A stretch of DNA of 64,000 nucleotides. Origin: Eledone cirrhosa. Taxonomy: Eukaryota. Shown piece by piece: positions 1-10,879 of the stretch. The stretch lies in NCBI GenBank assembly GCA_964016885.1, contig OZ024743.1, positions 44,268,001-44,332,000 of the forward strand, written 5' to 3'. Position numbers and translations under genes: made by a program. The notes under the pieces were generated by a model. The model made no database searches. It was given only the letters and a program-made list of their open reading frames with translations, and was not told the origin of the DNA. The number at the start of each line of letters is the position of its first letter. The first letter of the stretch is position 1.

Positions 1-34
<34 letters not shown>

Positions 35-333
35 TCTATACACACACATACATATACATATATATATATATCCATACATACACAAACATACACATACATA
101 CACAGACCTATACATAAATATACACATATATATACAGACATATAACGCACATATACACACACATATACATACACACACACATATATATATATATTTATAT
201 ATATATATATATATATATACATATATATACATATACTCACATATATATATATATATACACACACGCGCATACACACATACACACACCCACACACAAAATA
301 TATATACACACATATATACATATATATACATAC

Positions 334-384
<51 letters not shown>

Positions 385-539
385 TATATACATATATATA
401 TACATATATACATACATACATACATATACACACATATATATACATATACACACACAAATACACACACATACACACATATATACATATACATACACACATA
501 CACATACATATACACATATATATGCACACACATATACAC

Positions 540-1242
540 ACATCGAAACTAGTCCAAGATTCCTGTCTGGCCCTCTGGAGAATAGAGGAAATGTGTTTCC
601 TTGAAAACTCGCATGACTCTAAAACCCGGTCCGCCTGTGTGGTTACATACAGACTAGCTGACACTCACTGTAAAGTGTCTAGTGAAAAGCTGAGTACATG
701 TACATATGTATACATGTGTGTATTTATATGCATACTAATACTTCCGTATACATATGTAGATGTACACTTTAACTTAATTGTTTAAGCGTCAGTCATACAA
801 AAGTGAGTTAGAAGCGAAACGAAATTTAATTTCGTTTCGTTATTTGTTTTTATCGTTTCCGCTGAACCGGTGCGTACAATGACTCACGTTCTATTCAAAT
901 TAGTCTACCCACTACTAATTTTCATAGAAAAAGCATATAACGATATGTGCTTTTACAATTCTCCAGAGAAGCCGGAAGATGGGTAAATATTGCTGATGAG
1001 ATGTAATAACATCGAAACTAGTCCAATATTCCTGTCTGGCCCTCTGGAGAATAGAGGAAATGTGTTTCCTTGAAAACTCGTATGACTCTAAAACCCGGTC
1101 CGCCTGTGTGGTTACATACAGAGTAGCTGACACTCACTGTAAAGTGTCTAGTGAAAAGCTGAGTACATGTACATATGTATACATGTGTGTATTTATATGC
1201 ATACTAATACTTCCGTATACATATGTAGATGTACACTTTAAC

Positions 1243-1248
<6 letters not shown>
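540..1248 (+). mobile_element. Non-coding HHR-bearing retroelement (retrozyme-like), about 1.5 units of a 469-nt monomer
   Basis: 541-779 is repeated almost identically at 1010-1248 (offset 469). Intact hammerhead at 986-1030. No credible ORF. Flanked by (CA/TA)n. Confidence 0.8.
986..1030 (+). ncRNA. Type I hammerhead ribozyme (minimal, palindromic loop 3)
   Basis: Stem I AATATTG(986-992)/CAATATT(1024-1030); core CTGATGA 993-999; stem II GATGT-AATA-ACATC; GAAA 1014-1017; loop CTAG; GTC cleavage site after 1023. Distal pairing TCTCCAGAG(960-968)/CTCTGGAGA extends stem I. Confidence 0.9.
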
Positions 1249-1299
<51 letters not shown>

Positions 1300-1381
1300 C
1301 ATACATACATACATATACACAAACACATACATACATATACCTACATAAATATACACACATAAAACACATATACACACAAAC

Positions 1382-1486
<105 letters not shown>

Positions 1487-1703
1487 TACACATATACACA
1501 TATACAAACAAATATATACACATACAAGTAAATAGGTACTCAATAAATATACGCATATACACAGGCACATAAAGACACCTCTACAGGCAGAAAATGTAGA
1601 TACGAAAGAGGTACTCACATGACCATAGTGGCCGTATTTCAGGTTGAGGAGGGGTGGGGTAGGGTGGGGAGGAGGTATAGGGGCCAATAGGGGGAGGTCG
1701 TTT

Positions 1704-2046
1704 TTAGCCATCGGGCTTTAACACTGGCTTAAAGTGTTTGAATGTTGCAAATTTCTTGTGCATGCAGTTCGGGCCGTGTTCAGAGAGTTTGTTCAGTAGC
1801 GGGCCCTTGGCGAATAAAATTTCGTAGCTCTCTGAAATACAAAGGTCGCAGCCCTTGTGTCCTCCGTTGTAAGAGCGCGCTTTCTGGAGTATTTTCCAAT
1901 TAAGCGTGAAGGGGGTGGAGTTCCTTTTGAGGTCCCAAACGTAGGAGGCGAGTGTTGTTTGATTTGATTTATCCGGTCTTCTGAAGGAGTGGGTATGGGC
2001 ATACCAACGGGTCTTAAAGTTGTTGGAGGTCATGCCGAAGTAAGTT
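1704..2046 (-). pseudogene. Penelope-like element GIY-YIG endonuclease, C-terminal part (5'-truncated)
   Basis: Translation (K)[51 protein letters not shown]. Same family type as ORF 11770-12171. Confidence 0.85.
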
Positions 2047-2168
2047 TTGTATATATATGTGTATATATATATGTGTATATTTATGTATAGGTCTGTGTAT
2101 GTATGTGTATGTTTGTGTATGTATGGATATATATATATATATATATGTATATGTATGTGTGTGTATAG

Positions 2169-2211
<43 letters not shown>

Positions 2212-2401
2212 TGTATATATATGTATATATATATATATATGTATATATATGTATATATATATATATATGTATATGTGTGTATATGTGTGTGTATAGATAT
2301 TTATACATATGTATACTCGTGTTTGTATGTATGCGTGTGAGTGTATTTATTTGTGTATATATGTGTGTGTGTGTGTATGTATGTGTATGTGTGTGTGTAT
2401 C

Positions 2402-2476
<75 letters not shown>

Positions 2477-2525
2477 TTGTGTGTGTGTGTGTATGTGTGT
2501 ATATATATATATATATATATGTATG

Positions 2526-2582
<57 letters not shown>

Positions 2583-3411
2583 ATGTATATGTGTATATGT
2601 ATTATATATGTATGTATGTATGTATGTATGTGTGTATGTATGTGTGTGTACATGAATATATTTTTATATATATTTATATATTTTTTTATATATGTGTGTG
2701 TGTTTTTATGTGTGTATATGTGTTTGTGTGTGTGTTTATGGTTGCGCGTAAGTGTGTGAGTGAGTATGTGTGTTTTTTTGTTTTTCTGTTTTTCTGTTTT
2801 TTTGTTTTTTTGTGAATGTGTCTGTTGATTTTTGGCATATTGTTGATTAGTTTAAGAGAAGTTCGAAGATAATAGTAAGATATGCACTCAGTATTTTGAA
2901 TCTGTCTGCAGAATTCTCTAGACCTTTGTCACTTAGTAGAACCTTAATGACTTTAGCTTTTAAAGAATCTCCCTTTTCTTTAATTCTATCGAGCATGACT
3001 GACCCCCCACTGATTTTATAGACATCTGTTAGCTTAAGAGAAACTTATTGACAAGGAATGGTATGCCATCCGGAACCTGTTTATAGAATTCTGTCTGCCT
3101 TTGTTACTCTAAAAACATAAATAAATATAAATAAAAATAAAAATTAACTATAGCTTTGTAGAATTAGCTTTTAATGAATTCCCTTTTCTATCAACCAATG
3201 ACCTGCACCCATCCCACTCCCCACCCTCTCCTACCACTTGTAGAGACCTATAAATACCATATTTATTTTTTGATACCCAGATTCCTGATGATTTCTAATG
3301 AATGAAACAGTTCTAGTCCTGTAGAATCTCATCTATATTAAAACTGTTATACTCTGCTATGTATTGAGTACCTTACTTACTGTGGTTACCTCCGATTCAA
3401 CCCGGAATAAC

Positions 3412-3412
<1 letters not shown>
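2047..3412 (+). mobile_element. Inverted copy of a PLE 3' UTR/pseudo-LTR with internal microsatellite-like tract and terminal HHR
   Basis: 2047-2200 is the reverse complement of about 1-135 (e.g. tatccatacatacacaaacatacacatacatacacagacctatacataa). It joins directly to the truncated GIY-YIG ORF, ends at a HHR plus tail and runs into (TA)n. Confidence 0.65.
3279..3329 (+). ncRNA. Type I hammerhead ribozyme in PLE pseudo-LTR
   Basis: Stem I AGATTC/GAATCT; CTGATGA 3285-3291; stem II TTC-TAAT-GAA; GAAA 3304-3307; stem III ACAG/CTGT; GTA cleavage after 3323. Confidence 0.85.
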
Positions 3413-3446
<34 letters not shown>

Positions 3447-3458
3447 TATATATATATA

Positions 3459-4109
3459 CTAGCCGAATTACCCACGCCTTTCTGCGTTTCACACATTTTT
3501 TTTTGTTACAAAATGATAATTGATTTTAAATCAGTGGTATAATTTATGGGGAAAAACTGTGCATTTCAATATTGCTCAATGTAAAATGTAATGCATGAAA
3601 AATTGGAAAATATTATTTTTGTAATGTAATCAAAATTACATTATAATGTAATCACAATGACATTATTAAAACTTATTCTTATTTTGTTTATTGTAAATAA
3701 TTTTTTTTTCAAAATATCAATCCAAAACTTGATTCTTTCATTTTTGCGTAAAGCTTTATTTCAAATTAGAAATTCAAGTTCCGCTACTCGAGTTATGGGC
3801 TTCTAAAATGTTCACTATAAGGCTATAAGGGATTTAACCCCCATTAGGATGTCTTAATATTATTGAAATTTGCTGAAATTTTGTGAATATGCATCATTTC
3901 GTGTCTTTTTCCTACGGTTTAAGTTTCATATAAATCGAAGGGACAAAATTTTCAGCAGGGGTTTGAGACCCCATAAAACCCTTTGATTAAAATGAAATAT
4001 ACTTATCCAAGTACCCTGGGCAATGTACTTTCCGAATATATGATTATGGGGGGTCTATCTCCAAAAGCATAAGAGGAGTTAGTGATCAAACAAACAGACA
4101 GGAATTACA

Positions 4110-4120
<11 letters not shown>
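3459..4120 (-). mobile_element. Non-autonomous Helitron-like element
   Basis: Minus strand starts TATATATAAAG..GTCTGTTTGTTTG and ends with GC-rich GCAGAAAGGCGTGGGTAATTCGGCTAG followed by T, the 3' CTAG layout typical of non-autonomous Helitrons. Confidence 0.55.
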
Positions 4121-4182
<62 letters not shown>

Positions 4183-5307
4183 TGGAATATGCGGGGAATT
4201 CGTTGGTACAGGAAGATAAATATGATAAAAGGGACAAGAATGAATTCACTGGTGTTCGATGTTCTTTTAGTAATTCGAATCTTTAAAATAAGGCTTTATT
4301 GATATTAGTTCTGGTAAATGCTTGTTAATTTCCTAGGAGAACTTTAAGTCCTTGTTAAATATCTGGAGAACTATCTCGCATTCGGTGCGATTTTCAATCT
4401 GGTCTTATGTGTTGTGTTGAAGATGTATACATACATATAGAGAGAGAAGGGCTTAGGGAGTCTGAGAGTGGAGCAGTGTATGAAGATATGTACAGATAAA
4501 AGGGTGTAATAAAAATAAAAATTCAAAGAATTCATAAATAAAAGTAAAAATGTTAAGAATTAGTAAATAAAAATGATAGTTTTTTGGTCATGTTTTGATG
4601 ATTATGTAAATGAAAATTGAGTGAGAATGATATTTCGGTTTTGTTGTGATAGTCTGATAGATACGATCTAAGTTGAACAAGCAATGAATATTAGAGTAAT
4701 TTACAAATGAGGAAGATTTATTTTATGATTTGTGAGGTTGATGACGCCTTATTGCAGAGGATTTACGACCAAAAGAATATGAATAAGGCCAACAGAAAGT
4801 GGGGTAGAGATTGGATTATAAATACAAATGGCAAGAGAGATTGATTTATGTATCGATTTATATAAACATGAAGGCAGCTTTGTAGTCGGTGACATTTGAA
4901 CTCAGGATGCCAGAAGGTGGAATACATGCTGCATATATTTTTTGCTAATATATAATGGATTTAGAATTAAATGTTCCAATAAAATGATATATTATGTAAG
5001 CATCACATATGAAGATAGACATAAAGCCTGAAGAATTATTTGATATTTAAAACAGGAAATAAGAAGTAAAATTAATAACTTTAAAGTAAAATGGAAACAA
5101 TATTTGTGATCTCATGATGTAAAGAATCTATTTGTGTTCAGTGAATGATATCCCACCCACCTTTGAAATAAGATATTACGCAATGTAGAAATGTGTAGAA
5201 ATGTGTTTGCATTGACATAACTGTCCTTGTTCAATGTCTTGTCTGTTAAATATGTGTGCCTGTGGTGAATGAAATATGAATATCTATTATGCACAAAAAT
5301 ATGTATG

Positions 5308-5338
<31 letters not shown>

Positions 5339-5404
5339 GTGTGTGTGCGCGCGTGTGTGTGTGTATGCGTATATGTGGATGTGTGTGAGTGTGTGTGTGT
5401 GGGG

Positions 5405-5549
<145 letters not shown>

Positions 5550-6743
5550 TGCAGTTCGGTGTGAATAAATGCCTGAAAATGAGTTATGTAAATTATTTTA
5601 ATTCAGTAGTCATGTGAAAAATAACAGCACGAATTGAATACACCATTACAATAAACATTCAGAATTTAGACAAGCAAAGGGGTCGTGCCTGATATATCTT
5701 TTTTAAAACCAAATCAGGTTGTGCAAAAGCATTCTTACCACCTTTCAACAGAATATAAAATAATAATAATAACCTTTGTTGCTTGTTCCTAGAGTAATGG
5801 TATGTCGTTTTACAGTATATAATGGTAAGTATATATAGGAGGAATTTCTCCCACCAGAATGGGCACTCCAACCAATTGTAAACATATAGTCCTAAGTATG
5901 AAATAATATTTTATCTTTCATAGTGACAACACTTTCGGAGAAGTTCTTGTCAGGGAATGATGTGTGGCATCGTGTTGAAACTAATGCAACGTCGTGGAAG
6001 TATTTGATTCGTACAAAACATAAACAAACTATTATTTTAACTTTAGATTTAATGTTTATTTGTTGTTATCAACATTTACGTAACACTGTTAGCGAACTGA
6101 ATATTGTAATTGTCTTCCATATCGGAAAATTTGACACCAAAATGTATATGACAAATCTAAAATAAGTTTAACACTTTTGTATTTTTAATGGGTAAACTTC
6201 TCTTCCATGTCATATCAATATAACTCATTTACTTTTTATTTTAGACTGGTGTCAGATAGGATCCAAAAGCCAACCTTCCGATATATCATTAAATGTTACG
6301 TTTTGGAATACCAATGTTGATTATGGTTCACTCTCAGCTTCCTGACAAAAATAGCAGCATCGGCAGTAGATTCAACATGATTCTGTAGTGCGTTTCTGCT
6401 CAATTACAAATACACTTCATCTTCTTGTTATAAACCCTTAATGTTTATTATAACAGAGCCGTTTTTCATAACTCACACAAACACACACAAATAGGGGCTC
6501 ACCGTACCGAGTTATTAGGTGCTGCTTGCAAGCCTACTCGGTTGATCCAGCACCTAGTCTCCCTATCACACGCTGTATCCTCCCTTGTGGAGTGTGATCG
6601 ACTAACATTTCTTTTCATTAACTCAATACTTCCTTTCGTCGACCTAATATTTATGTAATTAATTAGTAGACAATTGTGTTGAATGTTGAGAACTATCGCA
6701 ATTGTCTTTGTAATTTCGAGAACTATCGCAATTGTCTTTGTAA

Positions 6744-6785
6744 TATCGAGCCCTATCCAGACTAAAATCTGGATAGGGCTCGATA
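6744..6785. repeat. Perfect 18-bp inverted repeat, preceded by a 30-bp tandem duplication
   Basis: TATCGAGCCCTATCCAGA-ctaaaa-TCTGGATAGGGCTCGATA; gagaactatcgcaattgtctttgtaat occurs twice at 6688-6744. Confidence 0.9.
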
Positions 6786-6828
6786 AGGATAATATAAATA
6801 TAAATATATATAAAGACCGTAGAGAAAA

Positions 6829-6953
6829 TATTTATTACAATAACAGATTGAAGTTTAAGCAAAGAATCGTTTCTTTCACCCTTAAGAAGATCCCGTAATG
6901 GGTGAAAGCAGTGATTCTTTGCTTACACTTTCATCTGTTTTTTAATAAATAAA
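6829..6953. mobile_element. Fold-back PLE pseudo-LTR remnant (family D)
   Basis: Imperfect inverted arms (aagcaaagaatc..ctttcaccc / gggtgaaag..gattctttgctt). Homologous to 39255-39330 (agaagatctcgttaagggtgaaagcagcgatt), a degenerate HHR-like core. Confidence 0.5.
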
Positions 6954-7155
6954 TATATATATATATATATATATAGATAGATAGATATAGACATTAACAC
7001 CTCTAATATCTAACACTGCCGGCACTAGTATTGAGCACCTTCTGCATACGCTATTTGGCAAATAACTACATATATCACATATCCCTCTTTTTTTCTCTCT
7101 CTCGATACGTAAATACTCTCTCTCTCTCTTTATATATATATATTTATATATATAT

Positions 7156-7244
<89 letters not shown>

Positions 7245-7860
7245 ACACAGTGTAAAATCCCTTCTACGAGGATACACACCTGAGAAAAACATTTTCTATC
7301 AAACTGACCTCCCCAACAGCGAAAACCTATCATTTTATTGAAACATCTCAATAGGTTGCGAGATATGTATTCATTTTGTGAATGTGAACGAATACGAACA
7401 GGATATTGGAATGAAATATAATACATGATTTTTTTTAAAGATAATAATATTGCTGAATTAAATCATATTACATAGAAATAAACTGTTTCATTAGTGAATA
7501 GAAATACATATTTGCAATACAAGTAAAATGTATCTTTGCTTGTATAAGGAGCTTTTCTGGAAGGAAATGTGGATAGAACAGAAAAGATATCTTTCGAAAA
7601 CACTCCTTTTTCTCGTGTGTATCAATGGTAGTTTACGAGGGATTTGTATTATTGTAACGAAACGTATAGAAAGAATGTAGCAAAACAGTTGCAGGCAATA
7701 TTCGGGTGTGTAATTGTATGAAAAAGCGAGAGAAATATTTACAATATTTTACCTCCTTAAAGTTAAAAACATGCCTGTGTGTACATGCGTGCATATCTCA
7801 ACACACAAGCGCATACACACACACTCATACACACACGTACACACACACACATATACACAC

Positions 7861-7896
<36 letters not shown>

Positions 7897-8038
7897 GTAG
7901 AGAGATTGGGTGTTTTAGTGGATACGTGGTTTACTGTGGAATGTACCAATATCAATACTCAGTACTATAGCACAATGTATATATTCAGACCAAAACGAGG
8001 TTTCACAACGAGGTTTATCATAACTGAGCCTAATCAAT

Positions 8039-8072
<34 letters not shown>

Positions 8073-8075
<3 letters not shown>

Positions 8076-9242
8076 TGGCGGATTGGGTCTAAAAATAGTG
8101 GTTGCCAGGAGATGAAGGGGGGCCCACTTACATATAGAATGTTATCATTTAATTTTTATAATGAATAAATAACATTTTCGAAAAATACATAGGTGGAAAC
8201 AAAACAGTGCAATCAAATTTTTGCGGAAAATATCTTACATTCTCCAATAAGAAATATATATTTTGCGAAATCCAGAGACTTTCAATAATGACCAGAAGTC
8301 GGCCCTAAATAGTACTAATAGCTCTAGGAAAGCCATGAACGACACCACATTTTTTAACTTTGATTTTGAAAGTAGGTTTATAATTATCACTTTTCAATAT
8401 ACTTTCGTAGCTGTCTCGGTGGCCTAGTTGGAGGAAGCATAGACGGTGGTGATCCTGATCTGAAGTTCCATCCTGGTCGGGAGTACGGGTTATCTGTAAA
8501 CCTTTTCAGTTTTTTTTCTATGGGTTGTAAAATATAAACTGAAAAAAGTTATATGTACCTCTTGATCAGGATTGAACCCACAGCCAGGATCTCCATCGCC
8601 TCTACTACCTACCGCTAGGCAACAGAGACATCTACGAAAATGTTACGAAAATTCAGACTTATAAAACTACTTTCAAACTTTTCAAAACAAAGTGTTGTGG
8701 TGTCGTTCATGTCTTTTTTAATGTTATGACTCCTACTTAAGGTCGACTTCTAAATCATTTGGGTGTTCCATAAATTACATTCTCGTTTTGCTTGACATCT
8801 ATCTAGACTATATTTTAACCTGTAATCCATGTTTCATTTCTGTTGCACCTCATTTCTCCCCCCCCCCCTATCTCTTTCTCTCTCTCTCTCACTCTCTCTC
8901 TCACTCTCTTTTTATCTCTGTGATATTTGAATCTACTATGATTTGGACTAACCTTATTCCTATATATATGTTTTGCATGTCAGTTAGATTCAAACTTACA
9001 ATGAGTGGCATTATATATATACACTGTGGCGGAATGATTCTAAAAATATTGGTTGCTAGGAGAAGGGGTCCTACCTACATATAGATGGCTATCATTTAAT
9101 TTTTATAATGAATAAATAACATTTTCAAAACATATATGTGGAAACAAAACAGAGCAATCGAATTTTTGCGAAAAAATATCTTACCTTCTCCAATAAAAAG
9201 CATTATGTATTTTACGATATACAGAGACTTTCAATAATGACC
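8073..9242 (+). mobile_element. Two direct copies (8073-8293, 9022-9242) of a ~220-bp DNA-transposon-like terminus
   Basis: Starts CAGTGGCGGA / CTGTGGCGGA (hAT-like terminus); shared blocks such as tatcatttaatttttataatgaataaataacatttt and cagagactttcaataatgacc. Confidence 0.55.
8294..8751. repeat. Degenerate ~460-bp palindrome (MITE-like) containing tRNA-like heads in both arms
   Basis: Matching arm blocks agaagtcg/cgacttct, catgaacgacaccaca/tgtggtgtcgttcatg, tttgaaagtag/ctactttcaaa, ttttcagttt/aaactgaaaa. Confidence 0.75.
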
Positions 9243-9404
9243 TTTGGACTTTCACACTCACTCTCTCTATATATATATGTGCGTGTGTGTGTGTGTCTAT
9301 ACCTATATATAGGCAGTCAAGAAGGCACTAACCACCTAAGCCGAAAAACAAGTCAAGCTAAACAGGTCAGACAAAATAAATAAAGCCATACATATATATA
9401 TATG

Positions 9405-9966
9405 GTGGCTGCCAACTCGTTTTCGAGTACGGCCACTACTTTACATCCGTGTAGGAGAACCCCCTACCTATGCGCTGAACGAGTGTAACTTTTTAGTCCA
9501 ACCAGCGACTTGAAAACTCTGGTACAAACAGTACACTTGTGACAATTATTGACACATACTGCTTGGCCCATGGTACCATGTGACGACAAGTGCAGAGAGA
9601 TCTCCAGATATAAAGCAATGCCTGTGCTGTGAAGTTTTTATAGTGGGCAAAGGCACTGCACATAGCCAGTCCCACTCTCTTAACCAAGATGATATTTACC
9701 AAAAAGAACAAGTCAACATCACTGGATACCATCAGGGTTGCAGGTGTTATATCAGAGTTTTCCTTCTCCTAGAATTCTGCCTTGACTAAGGCTAAGGGGT
9801 CATCTCTCCCGGTGATTTTGGATGGCCATTGACTCTTAAGAGCTACATTCACCTTTGACAGGTTTTGTTTTTAGTCCTGCAGGATGTCCAAACTCACCCT
9901 CCTCACCAAGAAAGCTTGGTGGGGTTGCCAGTTTAGTCGCCAACGACCCGACATGACACAGGCTGT
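9405..9966 (-). mobile_element. RTE (BovB-like) LINE 5' UTR fragment
   Basis: Minus strand contains CTAGGAGAAGGAAAACTCTGAT, which I recall from RTE-BovB-type 5' UTRs. Relatively GC-rich block between microsatellites. Confidence 0.45.
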
Positions 9967-10086
9967 ACATACATGTGTGTATGTATGTATGTATGTATGT
10001 ATGTATGTATGTATGTATGCATGTATGTATGTATGTATGTATGTATGTATGTATGTATGTATGTACAACATATATATATATATATA

Positions 10087-10149
<63 letters not shown>

Positions 10150-10177
10150 TTACATATACACATATATATAACCAACT

Positions 10178-10254
<77 letters not shown>

Positions 10255-10705
10255 GCCCTCAACCACGAACTGATTTGACAGATATATTTAACCCATTGGT
10301 ACCAAACATGATTTGGTCAGTTGTTTCTCTGTATGCGTAAGTGTGTTAAATATATATATATATATATATATATATGCCTGTGTGTGAGTGTCTATATATG
10401 TATGTATGCTTTATTAGAATGTACAACCACTGATTCCAGCTATTTGCACTATCGAATATTTTGGTTTCTATTAATTCCCTGGGGAACTGGTTGAACAAAT
10501 GCCTTGCTTAATTGTTTTATTTTTTTTTTTTTTATTTATTCTTTCTCTTAGACTTCTGGTATTTTTTTAAAGCAAAGCTTCTAACATACTACAGAATATA
10601 TAATAACATTCGATTCGTTTGCAATTATGCAAGCCTCATTTTTCACGCAATGTCAGTAGAATGAGCCCCTTAATTGCATAATTGTAAACGAGAGCCCTTT
10701 CCATT

Positions 10706-10830
10706 CTGAGTTCAAATCCCGCCCGCCAAGCTTAACTTTGCCTTTCATCCTTACGAGGTCGATAAAATAAACTACCAGTAATGCACAGGTGCGTTTGATG
10801 GCCTTGTGCCAAAAGTAGAAATAATTATTA
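10706..10830 (+). mobile_element. tRNA-derived SINE (family 1), 5'-truncated
   Basis: B-box GAGTTCAAATCCC followed by aactttgcctttcatcctt..ggtcgataaaataaa..accagtaatg..ggccttgtgccaaaagtagaaa and an (ATT) tail. Confidence 0.85.
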
Positions 10831-10879
10831 ATATTCGAAAAAGTCAGTTTCAGCCATTATATGTATATATATATATATA

